From NCBI GenBank assembly GCA_001600815.1, contig BCKZ01000024.1:186001-243173 (forward strand): a stretch of 57,173 nucleotides of DNA, read 5' to 3'. Shown piece by piece: positions 25,169-36,040 of the stretch (positions within the stretch are counted from its first letter, which is position 1; each line of letters starts with the position of its first letter). Source of the stretch: Alloascoidea hylecoeti. Taxonomy: Eukaryota. Below the pieces are notes generated by a model. That model was not told where the DNA came from. It searched no databases and saw nothing but the letters and a program-made list of their open reading frames with translations. Made by a program: the position numbers and the translations under genes.

Positions 25169-26623
25169 ATGGTATCAATAATACGAACAATTGCACTTGT
25201 TCTCTTCAGTGTTTCGTTAATTTTGAACTTCTACATATATTTCTATCCTTCATTTCACCCAAAAGAATGTTCATGGGCTAATTTTGACGAAGAAATAGTT
25301 TCACCAACTGGAAAAATTGAAAATTGGTTAGACCAGTTCAAGATCCCACGTTCAGACATCATTGCTGACTTATCTATTTCAGCATTGAAGAAATTCTCAT
25401 TATACTCTCACATTATCAAGGAAGAACCTGTGGATGAGAAGCCAGTCAAAGACATCCGTTTTGCATTGTTCGGAGACCCCCAAATCCGGGGAGCTTGGAA
25501 GAAAACTCCATATTTGACTCGGCTTGATATGTTTGGTAATGATTTCTATCTTGGGCATATTCACAGTATCATTAAGGAACGATTAAGTCCCGAAATTATT
25601 ACTATTATGGGTGATTTGTTTTCTTCTCAATGGATTGGAGATGATGAATTTTATAGACGTTGTCGGCGATTAATGACTCGATTATATCCCCAACCAGGCG
25701 ATGTGAATGATAAATTGATTGAAATGACGTATGAACTGGAAAAGAAAGGAAATCCTGCTGTTGATTGGGTTGGATATCTGGAGAGAACACAAGCGGACAC
25801 AAATCCTGATTATCATTATAATGATACTTATTTCTGGGGATCTAACAATCTAACTGATTTTTCATCTGAGTTCCCTCTTTTTATCAACATTACTGGAAAT
25901 CATGATACTGGATATGCTGGTGATGCTACGTGGCAACATATGGCAAGGTACGATAGCATTTTTGGAAAAGATAACTATTGGATTGAATATGGAGTAGGTA
26001 CACCTCATGCTTGGAGAATTGTCATTCTTAATGATTTAATCCTTGATGGTCCTGCATTGCAAGAAGAATTTAGAACAGAAATCTGGAGCTTTCTCGAAAA
26101 ACTTGAGGCACGTAATTTCCCTGGTTCTACTGTTTTGATCACCCATGTACCAATGTATAAACCAGAAGGCTTTTGTATGGATGGTCCTGAGATAATCTAC
26201 TATGGTGATGACACACAATATTCATATCATATCGGTAAATTACGATCACAAAACTTTTTAAGCGAAGGAACGAGTCAAAAGGTTATGAATATGATCTTTG
26301 GTAATAAGAAGCCTGGTGCAATTCTTACTGGGCATGATCATGAGGGATGTCTTAATACTTTTTCATTTAATGAAGAATCAAATCTTTGGGTTCCATCCAA
26401 AGAAACAAATGAAAACACAATTGTCAAAGAAATAACAGTTCGGAGTCAAATGGGCGAATTTGGAGGGAATACTGGTCTGTTTAATGCGCATTGGAATGAA
26501 CTTGAACGTAAATGGGAGTATAAGTACAGCTTATGTCCTTTTATTGTTCAGCACGTTTGGTGGGCTACTAAGATTACAACCCTTTTAGCCATTCTTTTTG
26601 CATCATTATCTATTTTATTTTGA
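25169..26623 (+). CDS. TED1: ER metallophosphoesterase for GPI remodelling
   Basis: Motifs FGDPQI, GND.YLGHI, MGDLFSSQWI, TGNHDTGY and TGHDHEGC, with terminal TM helices. Confidence 0.9.
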   Translation: MVSIIRTIALVLFSVSLILNFYIYFYPSFHPKECSWANFDEEIVSPTGKIENWLDQFKIPRSDIIADLSISALKKFSLYSHIIKEEPVDEKPVKDIRFALFGDPQIRGAWKKTPYLTRLDMFGNDFYLGHIHSIIKERLSPEIITIMGDLFSSQWIGDDEFYRRCRRLMTRLYPQPGDVNDKLIEMTYELEKKGNPAVDWVGYLERTQADTNPDYHYNDTYFWGSNNLTDFSSEFPLFINITGNHDTGYAGDATWQHMARYDSIFGKDNYWIEYGVGTPHAWRIVILNDLILDGPALQEEFRTEIWSFLEKLEARNFPGSTVLITHVPMYKPEGFCMDGPEIIYYGDDTQYSYHIGKLRSQNFLSEGTSQKVMNMIFGNKKPGAILTGHDHEGCLNTFSFNEESNLWVPSKETNENTIVKEITVRSQMGEFGGNTGLFNAHWNELERKWEYKYSLCPFIVQHVWWATKITTLLAILFASLSILF

Positions 26624-26803
26624 TTATAAGTGTATACCCATATAAATATTTAAGCATCACTCATTTAACCGTTCGCAATTTCGTAAATTTATAACTATAG
26701 GGTAAATTTAAATCAATTAAATAACTTACGAGTCCACAGACTCCATACATTGACCAACTCCTCAACACCACGAGCCCAATTTTTCAGCAATAAAAAAGCA
26801 TGT

Positions 26804-27409
26804 CTAAAGCTCTAGTTTTTTAGATTTGTTAACCATATAACATTCGGGATGCCAATATTGAGTTCCACCACCCCCTCCAGTCTCAACAAATTGGCCTAAA
26901 ATAGAGTCCCCGCACTCTTCACATTTTGAAGCATATAAGGTTGAGTAGTGGTATTCACAATAGATTTTTTCATCATGTTCATAAAATGATTTATCTGATG
27001 GAATTATGTTATGACATGTAGAACATGAAAAATGTTCTAGATGGTACTTTCTGTCAAGCGCAGTGATATAAATACCGCGTATAGCAGTATTACAGCAATA
27101 ACATATGAGATCCAATCTTTTGAAATAATCATATTCACATAAAGGTATGACTGTCGAAGAATCGACTTTTTCAGTACCATCAAGTTTTTCAGAGGTTGCT
27201 AATTGATGAGTGAAGAATGTTGAAGAACATAGAGCACCACAATCATTACATTTAAAGCAGTCGATATGATAGGTGGCATTCAGGGCTTGCACTAACTGGC
27301 CGGATATGAAGTTTCCACAAGCCTCACAATATCTCGTTTTGCGTTTTGATTTTGAATTGTGGTTTTGGGAAGACGTGAGGTCAGATTGTTTTGAGGACGA
27401 GAATCCCAT
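26804..27409 (-). CDS. LIM-domain protein resembling the Lrg1/Rga1 N-terminus, lacking the RhoGAP domain
   Basis: Lrg1-type LIM signatures LCEYDYFKRLDL, YITALDRKYHLEHF, YCEYHYS and WHPECYM. The stop follows immediately. Confidence 0.7.
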   Translation of the reverse strand: MGFSSSKQSDLTSSQNHNSKSKRKTRYCEACGNFISGQLVQALNATYHIDCFKCNDCGALCSSTFFTHQLATSEKLDGTEKVDSSTVIPLCEYDYFKRLDLICYCCNTAIRGIYITALDRKYHLEHFSCSTCHNIIPSDKSFYEHDEKIYCEYHYSTLYASKCEECGDSILGQFVETGGGGGTQYWHPECYMVNKSKKLEL

Positions 27410-27924
27410 GGCAGTTAATTATTAAATATTAATTTCTTTTCGATCTAAAACACAAAACGAGTAAAAAGAAAGTTTAGCCATGATCTGCGACACTATTTGT
27501 ATATTTGCAAATAAGTTATTTGTAGGTATATTATACGGTATAATAAATTTAATGTTATCGATAAGTATGTGATAAACCTCGATATGTTTAAAAAGGGCAG
27601 TGTCGGATTCTAGATAAGCAGTATACTCATATGTTATAACCACTTTAAACACTTTTAATTCAATACATAAAGAAGTGAAAAATTTAGTCTTGAAAAAATC
27701 TGACTAAAACCCAACAGCATTTTCAATTCTTGTGATATTTTAAAATTAAACATTATTGATCACCGAAAATAAGAAGACACTTCGTGCTGGTGTTTACTTA
27801 ATATGTATATTTCAGCATGCTCCGAATAACAGCACTTTATATTCAACAGCGGATCTAAGCATCACATCAATAAAACCTCTAACATCATTCGAATCTTTAA
27901 TATTTTACTGATCACAATACAATA

Positions 27925-29259
27925 ATGAGTGGCAAAGAGGATACAAGTGTCGCTGCACCAATACCGGATTTCAATCTTGCACAACATATATTTGTTCTAA
28001 AAAATGAGTCCTTGAGTAAACACCATAAAGAATCTCTAGAGATATTAATGACAGAGATTAAAAAGGAAAGACTTGGTCCGCTCTACTGGTCACTGCATAA
28101 GGAAGTTTTACCCACGATCCTTCCTTGGGATGAAATTTTATACGATTCAATTGTGGTTGATAATGAGACTGAAATTGCCACCCTAAAGAAGGACGAAAAT
28201 AAGGATAATGAAGATGAAGGAGAACTCGAATTATCACAACAGCTAACTAAACTCGGCGAATACTATGCTAAAATTGGAGACCGAGCAAATGCCGTCACTA
28301 CACTTAAAAAGGCATTAGCTATAGCTCCTAGTACTGGAGCCAAGATTGATATTTCATTGACATTAGCCAGGATTGCATTCTTCTATGATGATAAACCAAC
28401 TATTAAAAAGCAATTGGATGAAATTCAAGTATATATTGATAGGGGTGGTGATTGGGAGAGAAGAAATAGATTCAAAACATATCATGGTCTCTATTTACTA
28501 TCGATTCGTAAATTCAATGAAGCTGCTGAATTACTTATTGATTCTTTGGCTACTTTCACATCAACTGAAATAACAACATATGAACAAATTGCCGAATTTG
28601 CTGTTGTTGCTGGAGCATTCAGTCTTGGACGTGTTGACCTAAAGAACAAAATTGTTGATTCACCAGAGATTCTCTCACTATTATCTACAGCCAAATCTTT
28701 AGAGCCAATTGTAACATTAACCAACGCATTATATACTTGTGATTATGCTACATATTTTAGGGCACTTGTTGAGTTTAATGATCAAACATTAATTTATTCT
28801 AGATATTTGGCACCACATAGCAAATATTATGTTCGTGAAATGAGGATAAAAGGATATGCTCAATTACTTGAGTCATATAAAGCTTTGAGTTTGAAAACCA
28901 TGGCTGATGCTTTTGGTATCAGTGTGGAATTTCTTACCAAGTAAGTGTGATATTGGATCTCTAATTATTAATTACTAATCATTTTTACTAACAAACTTTT
29001 AGTGATCTTGCAAGATTTATTCCAAACAAGAGATTAAATTGTGTTATTGACCGTGTTAATGGTAAGTCTTTTATATTTTTAGAATAATTTTTGATCCATG
29101 GCTGACATTCCTTCATTAGGCATTGTGGAAACAAACAGACCTGACAACAAGAATGCACAATATCAATTGTTGATTAAGCAGGGGGATGTCTTACTCACAA
29201 AACTTCAGAAATATGGGGCAGCTGTTAGACTTAGTGGAGCCGAAAGGGTTGCTGCTTAA
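27925..29259 (+). CDS. RPN7: 26S proteasome lid subunit Rpn7. Exons 27925..28940, 29003..29061, 29120..29259
   Basis: [20 protein letters not shown] and spliced C-terminus [20 protein letters not shown]. Confidence 0.95.
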
Positions 29260-30046
29260 CTTAAAGGCAATCAATAGGGCGATATGCCGCCTTGTTTATT
29301 TCTATTGTATTGTTCAAATATCCGTTTCAACCTTTTGAATGTTTATTATAGAAACTAAATAGAATATGACAAATCATTTTAACTTGCCTTTGAGACAAAA
29401 GTTTGTACCTTCATTTGCACTGTAGTATGATAATTGTGTATTGGTAATATAGTAGACTCGTCGATTATTAATAGGATTTTTCTGCATTTAAATTTGAAAT
29501 TTTCAGATGTAATTAATTATAAATTGTACGATAAGAATGGACCGTTTTAGCCCATTAAAGATAAGACAAAAACTGAGACAAACCTTAGTGAAATATAATT
29601 AAAGGAAAAATAACAATATTGCAATAAAATATGAGTATAAATGATTATAATCTAGATCCAATTATAAGGTCATCGAAGATGCCTTATTTCACACACCGAA
29701 CTGTTAAAAAAACGATTAAATATAATATGCAAAAACTTTGATTCCACGTATAATTATGTATGAGTCAAATGCACGCGATGCTTTCATATATCAAAAAAAA
29801 TGTTAATTATAAAATTACAGCTAAAACCACAAAGATATAAATATCTATTAACTTCCTTTTTTTCTTTCTCTTTTATTGTTATATTTTATTTCTTTTGGTG
29901 TTTAGATCGAGGTGCTCGGAGCATTTTCCTTTCCACCTCTTGGTTTACCTTTTTATCCTACCTGATTTAGATTTACGCTTACTGTATCGCCCTTTAACTT
30001 AAAATTGAGCAGTACTATACCCCTGCCAAAGAAAGAAAATATCGAA

Positions 30047-30484
30047 ATGTCTCAACAACATTGGTCCCAGTGTCCCTATCAACGGTATTTCGCAAGATGT
30101 CAGGGTGAAAAAGTTCCTCCAAATTGGCAATCCTTTTCCAAATATTCCGAAGATGATAACCAAGATTTAGACTTGGGTTCCACAGACACTTCAAAATATG
30201 AATTTACTTCTGATATGGATGAAGACATCGATGGCGAATTCATAATAGATTCTACTGGATCACTACAAAGTTCTTCTAGTACCAACACATCTGCTTATAC
30301 AACCCCTTCAACTTCACCAACTCTTTCTCAAAAACAAAAAGTCTCTGAAAATCAAAAGGATAATACGATAATCCCTCCGTTAATTCTTAAGAACAAGTAT
30401 CAAAAAACACTTTCAAAAGTTAATTCAACTACAAATTCAGATAAAAAGACAATGTTGAAATTGTCTGTTTCAACCGCTGTTTAA
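30047..30484 (+). CDS. Orphan low-complexity protein (~145 aa from the first ATG)
   Basis: Open ORF with an upstream TATA-like element near 29835 and a T-rich downstream region. No family recognised. Confidence 0.5.
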   Translation: MSQQHWSQCPYQRYFARCQGEKVPPNWQSFSKYSEDDNQDLDLGSTDTSKYEFTSDMDEDIDGEFIIDSTGSLQSSSSTNTSAYTTPSTSPTLSQKQKVSENQKDNTIIPPLILKNKYQKTLSKVNSTTNSDKKTMLKLSVSTAV

Positions 30485-31248
30485 AATTAAAAAATTTATC
30501 ATTATTTATATTTAAAATTCCTATCAATCTTTTTCATTGCATCCTGATTTTTTCTTATTTTATTTCTATTAGTGTTTGATAAATTGCATTGTAATGACTT
30601 ATTATAGTCGATATCTCACTTGTTTATTTTGAGCTGGTTTGCATTTGTTGATTGCTGTTTTTCTGTTTTGACTCTTTACAGTTAACGTTGTTGAAGTTTT
30701 TCTAATTTTTTTGCCTTGATTCTCTTTTTGCAGTTTCTATATTTTTGTTTTACATAGTTACATTTTAATGTTGCTTATTTGAATGTTATATGTTATGCAT
30801 ATAAATTTCCGTCAAGAATGGTTATATTGGAATGTCTAAGTTGGCATAACAGAATTGGAATGGTTATATATTGCAATATTGTTCCAACTGAAATCCATTC
30901 TCGCGATTATATTATACCACATATAATTAAGGGCATTTAATTTATTTAGGTTTGACTTTTTTGGTTTTAAAGCATAGGACTTATACATAGAATTTAGATA
31001 AATAGATTTTTATAATATAATTATTAATGGCAAACAATAATACGTACTTCAAGAGAAATATCGTATACGTATACGAAATAGCTTACATTTCCTTTATTAT
31101 ATATGTATATATATATATGTATTAATAGAGTCGAAATTGATATTTAAAAAGTTAATAAAACGGCCTAACACCTCACGTGCACAAGAAGTTGAGGAAGCGC
31201 TCCATCATAGTGTCAGCAACATATTTTTATAATATTGATAAGGCATGA

Positions 31249-32580
31249 ATGACGGCACTTTTACGTGATCGGGAGCTGGGAATAATCACCCCAATTCAAT
31301 ATAGATTTGCAAGGATAGAATATCTTTACTCGTCTTTATCATATATTTCAAACCCACCATATTTTCCTAGAGATACTAGTGAACATGCAGTAAATTCATT
31401 ATCATTAGAACAAACTGACTATCGATATCTTCTTTCTGGTAATGCAGACTCGAGTATTCAATTATGGGATTTAGAATCAACCGCTAAGAAATCAGAATAC
31501 GATGATGAGAAATATGAAATGGTTGGTCAAATTCGTCGAAAAGAAGGCCATGATTTTGGTGTTTCGAAAGTTCAATGGTGGCCATCCGATACTGGTTTAT
31601 TTGTTACTGGCTCATTTGATAAATCTTTGAAGATATGGGATACAAATCAACTAAGTGAAGAATATAAATTTGATGTAAACGCTAAAATATATTCTTTTGA
31701 TATGTCAAAAACATTACAACATTCAACTATTGCTGTTGGATCTGAAAATTCATTCATCAGATTGGTTGATTTACGCAGTGCTTCTTCTGCTCAAACAATA
31801 AGTGGACATGAGGGCTCAGTTCTTTCTACAAAATGGTCTCCAATTGATTCATTTATTTTTGCATCTGGTTCGTCTGATGGTGAAGTGAGAATATGGGATA
31901 TTCGAAGAAGTAAAAGTTGTGTTTGTGCCCTTGACATGCATAGAGTGAAGGAAAAAAGAACACCTGTTCCTATAGTTCATGGTAATATTAACAGGAGTGA
32001 TAAGTATTCTCAAAAGCCACGCGTAAAAGCTCATGCTGGGGCTGTTAATGGATTATGCTGGGCTGACGATGGTTCTCATTTAATCAGTACAGGAATAGAT
32101 GACAAAATTAGAGTGTGGGATTTGGCACCAATTGGTGGTGTAAATAAGCAAGTAAATTTTGGACCTTTGGTAAAAAATAAACATTTACAGAATCTTGATC
32201 CTATTTTAAGCCCGATTGAAGAAACAGAAGAACAATATTTACTGTTCCCTTCTAATTCCGGAGAAGTATTGATATTTACAGCAACTGATGGGAAATTGTG
32301 TAAAAGATTAACACAAGGAGTAACAGCTCCAAGAAGCTGTAATATTGTGTATAGAGGATTGGGATCAGCTAAATACTATACTGGTACTGTAGATGGAAAG
32401 ATTAGTATCTGGGGTCCTCGTATTAGAGATGAGGATGATGAAGAGGAGGATTCTGAAATTGATCAAAACTTTTTTAGTGAAGATGATGAGGGCGAGAAAA
32501 GTGGAAGGAAGTCAGAAAGAGATGTACAAGACGAGTCGAATATTCGTAAAAAGTTAAGAAGAAATGAAGGATTTACTTAA
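31249..32580 (+). CDS. RAD28: WD40 protein, CSA/ERCC8 homologue
   Basis: VNSLSLE..RYLLSG, WWPSDTGLFVTGSFD, DLRSASSAQTISGH, WDIRRS and AHAGAVNGL. Confidence 0.85.
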   Translation: MTALLRDRELGIITPIQYRFARIEYLYSSLSYISNPPYFPRDTSEHAVNSLSLEQTDYRYLLSGNADSSIQLWDLESTAKKSEYDDEKYEMVGQIRRKEGHDFGVSKVQWWPSDTGLFVTGSFDKSLKIWDTNQLSEEYKFDVNAKIYSFDMSKTLQHSTIAVGSENSFIRLVDLRSASSAQTISGHEGSVLSTKWSPIDSFIFASGSSDGEVRIWDIRRSKSCVCALDMHRVKEKRTPVPIVHGNINRSDKYSQKPRVKAHAGAVNGLCWADDGSHLISTGIDDKIRVWDLAPIGGVNKQVNFGPLVKNKHLQNLDPILSPIEETEEQYLLFPSNSGEVLIFTATDGKLCKRLTQGVTAPRSCNIVYRGLGSAKYYTGTVDGKISIWGPRIRDEDDEEEDSEIDQNFFSEDDEGEKSGRKSERDVQDESNIRKKLRRNEGFT

Positions 32581-33020
32581 GTTAATTATGAGCTTGTAAG
32601 AACTGTGATAATCTGGGATTATTATAAAGGTGGAAAATTAAAATCGTCACTTGAGACTACTACAATTCGCGCACTTTTCAAACATAAAATCCGTAATAAA
32701 TACAATTTGTTGTCTAGTTAAGCATATTAGCTCTAGATCTTACTAAACAATGTAAAATTTTGCTTCTATTTATAAGCAATGAAACTGAAAGTTATACATT
32801 AATTCTAGTATTTATATTATATTGTTATTTACTGTTAAGTATGATACGTATATAAGGTTAATTGTGAATAATGGAATTAACTATTCTGTAATAATAATTG
32901 TTTGGTGTCGAACTTAAATTTTGTATTTTTTGCACTGTTTACTACCACACTTTTTCATAGAATTACTGGTTTAAATTAAACGACCAACAAAGTAAAAGAA
33001 TATAACAACCATTTCCGATC

Positions 33021-34079
33021 ATGACAAAAGCATTCATCGTTCTAGTAGGAGGTGGACACTGTGCAGGAAAGGTTTGTAAATTATGAGCTCATATTCGGTT
33101 AATGCTAGGTATTCTAATTGCTGAATAGATGACTGTTTGTAAAGACTTAGAAACACAACTACGAAAATTAGAAAAAGGCAACCAATTTTCAATTCAACAC
33201 ATTAATATGAAGGACTACCTAATGGGCGAAGTAAATGGTGAAGATACGAAAGAACAAAGGATACTAAAGCAAAAGAAAATTGCTGTTCCAGGTATGAGTA
33301 CTAAATATTATGATCAGCTAACATTTTCTTGATTGATATACTAACCATTTGTGGTAAAAACAACAGGTCGGTATGATTTTGATAAGATACAATCTGATCT
33401 ATTACAAGCAAAAAAAGAAAATGCCCGACCGCTAGTGATTTTAGTTAGAGGTCTATATGCATTATATAATAAAGGATTAAGGGACCTTTCTGTCATGAAG
33501 ATTTTTGTTGATAGTGATGCTGATACAAGATTATCGAGGTGGAGTAAGCATTATTAATGACTCTGAATTCTATCTATAAGATACTGTTTGATTACTTTAA
33601 GTACTAATTTACAATTATATTAGTTTTAAGAGATGATATGAATGAGGGTTTCAATCTTTCTGGACTGCTGGATAATGTAAGTACAGATAAGATATTGAAA
33701 TCAACTTATACCTAACCATTTATATAGTATGTGAAATATTGCAAACCAGAAATGAATGAATTTATATTCCCGGTAAGTTGACAACTACTAAGCTCCTATC
33801 TTTATAATTAAGGATGTACTAATGTACTAATGTACTAATGAACTAATGAACTACTTTCTATAGACTAAAGAATATGCCGACGTTATTCTTCCTCATGGAT
33901 CTGAACCATCAGGAATTGCTTTAATATGTGATGGATTACATGATATGATCAAAAACCTGGGAGAATCTAAAAATGACATAAATGAAGATGGAGGAATTGG
34001 AATTAGTGGGTCTGCTGTTTTGAACTTTTCAGCAGAAGCATTTAATAATCAAAAAGAAAGATTTTATGAAGCATCATAG
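33021..34079 (+). CDS. DAS2: Uridine-kinase-like protein Das2. Exons 33021..33071, 33129..33291, 33367..33543, 33624..33676, 33728..33772, 33864..34079
   Basis: Five phase-consistent GT..AG introns. Motifs [27 protein letters not shown] and [18 protein letters not shown]. The C-terminus [19 protein letters not shown] resembles the Das2 tail. Confidence 0.8.
33814..33853 (+). repeat. Five copies of the 8-bp unit ATG(T/A)ACTA inside DAS2 intron 5
   Basis: atgtacta x3 followed by atgaacta x2. Confidence 0.9.
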
Positions 34080-34769
34080 TTTAAGTGATATGGCTTTTAT
34101 AGTCGTTATAGAGAAAAATTTTATACGTTATTATTTTTCACTGATACATTTTGATTTTAACAGATGGATATAAAAACACGGACATTTTGTTGCATTATTA
34201 GGTAGTGTTTAATATTCTTATAGCTAAAATATAAAACGGACACAATGAATAAAAGTTATTATTATATTCTAATCTTAATGTAAGAAAATTCTCTACTTTT
34301 TTGTGTGTAACGTTAATGTTATACAGTCGAAAAAATAATTTTGGACTCCTCTCAATATCAACCGATACAAAGAAAAAACAATTGTACAATGCGAGGAGAA
34401 CTAAATCTTGGAACGATATGAGCACTATGACAAGGAGACTAAATTCACAAAATAAATAGTACTTACTTAGAAAAGAGTGCCACACTTCTTACACTTATTG
34501 GCCCGATTCTGTGTAATAGTCCATAATTAGTGCTTTTAGTAATAATGATATGCGTACCAATCTTTAACTTGAAAATAATTTACAATTAATCCGAAGAGAC
34601 GATTATATATATTACTATTTAATATTTTTGTTTCTACTGCTTTTAAATTCCCAATTCTTTTATCTTAAGCCTTTTGTATATCTTTCACCATCGATATTGA
34701 TCTTTTCTTGCGCTCCATCTAACTTTCATCCTTACACCACAATATCACACCAAATTCTCAGTAGTTGAT

Positions 34770-35807
34770 ATGGTCAGTAAATTATCGTTTAAAGGAGAAA
34801 AGAAAAACAAAAGAAAAACACATTCTAGTAAGCACGGTAATAAATCTAAAAAACAAAAGAGTGAAAATGATTCATCTGTAGGTACTGAAGTTACATTTGA
34901 TGGTTGGACAACTGCGACAAACAAAAGTGACATCGAAGGACCATTGCTGCTGACTTTTCTTACTTCACCAAGAAATATAGACAAATCTAATACAAGAGTT
35001 AAATTAGAGGATGAAGATGATATCAGTGATATGAATAATAAATTATTACTGAATGAATCATCTGTTGCATCTATAGCGATCGATCCAACAGGGAAAGCTC
35101 ATATTTTAAAATCAAAACATATTGACTTTATACCTTCTGATCATTCTACTAATTTCCCACCAGCAGGACAGGACTCAACTATATATAATCTTCCTATGCA
35201 TTGCACCGAACCTACATCAGTCCAGCAGGTCTTTGTTGTCATTCCGTTAACTTCAATACTAGCTAGCACAAAACAATCTATAATATCAAACGAGAATAAG
35301 AAATCAAGTGAGAAAGATATTCAAATAGCCCTTCTAACAACATTTGGGAAATATTTATCCTACTCTAAAAGTATTGGTAAATTTGATGGAACTGCAGAAG
35401 CTATTGGACCAAAAGAAATGTTTACTTTAATACCTGATAATGAAAATGAAAATGAACTTGGTACAACCTGGAAAATAGAATCTACTGGGGAATTCTTTAA
35501 AATCGAAGACCCCGGAGAATCGACACAATTGAATGCAATTACAACACCTGATAAATCAGAGGGAACTCCATTTATAATAAGAATTCAAACAAAGCATAAA
35601 AGTGAAGCTAAAAGATTAATATTATTACAACAAGAAGTCGATTCAAATAACAAGGAAACATTAACAAAAGCTGAATTGGAAAAACAGGCCAAAATACCGC
35701 TTACTGATAAGCAAGTTAGGATACTACAGAAAGCTCATAAAGAAGGGGATTTTCATGAGAAGTTGTTGAATATAAAACTTCAAACGAAAACAGACACAAT
35801 GTGCTAA
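34770..35807 (+). CDS. FRG1: FRG1-like protein
   Basis: KLSFKGEK N-terminus, GW....DIEGP, EPTSVQQVF, AEAIGPKE and C-terminal EGDFHEKLL...TDTMC. Confidence 0.75.
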   Translation: MVSKLSFKGEKKNKRKTHSSKHGNKSKKQKSENDSSVGTEVTFDGWTTATNKSDIEGPLLLTFLTSPRNIDKSNTRVKLEDEDDISDMNNKLLLNESSVASIAIDPTGKAHILKSKHIDFIPSDHSTNFPPAGQDSTIYNLPMHCTEPTSVQQVFVVIPLTSILASTKQSIISNENKKSSEKDIQIALLTTFGKYLSYSKSIGKFDGTAEAIGPKEMFTLIPDNENENELGTTWKIESTGEFFKIEDPGESTQLNAITTPDKSEGTPFIIRIQTKHKSEAKRLILLQQEVDSNNKETLTKAELEKQAKIPLTDKQVRILQKAHKEGDFHEKLLNIKLQTKTDTMC

Positions 35808-36040
35808 TTATATCTAATCATTTGATATTTATTAAGTACACTAGTTTGTTTAAATTTGTGGGTTAGTATCAATATTCTTGTTTGTAAGATCTTATATAGT
35901 CAACGTATTACTAATAAACACGCATAGTGCTGACAAATCAACTCACATAACTGGCCGCATAATCTGCATGTGTTTCACGTGACCTCCCCGCGTTGTGCCG
36001 AGGATATTGTGAGCGCAAATTTAAACATTTCTAGCTCCAA

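Noticed and set aside
27928..27936. AGTGGCAAA resembling the Rpn4 PACE site at RPN7
   Set aside because: It lies inside the coding sequence (codons 2-4) and has a mismatch.
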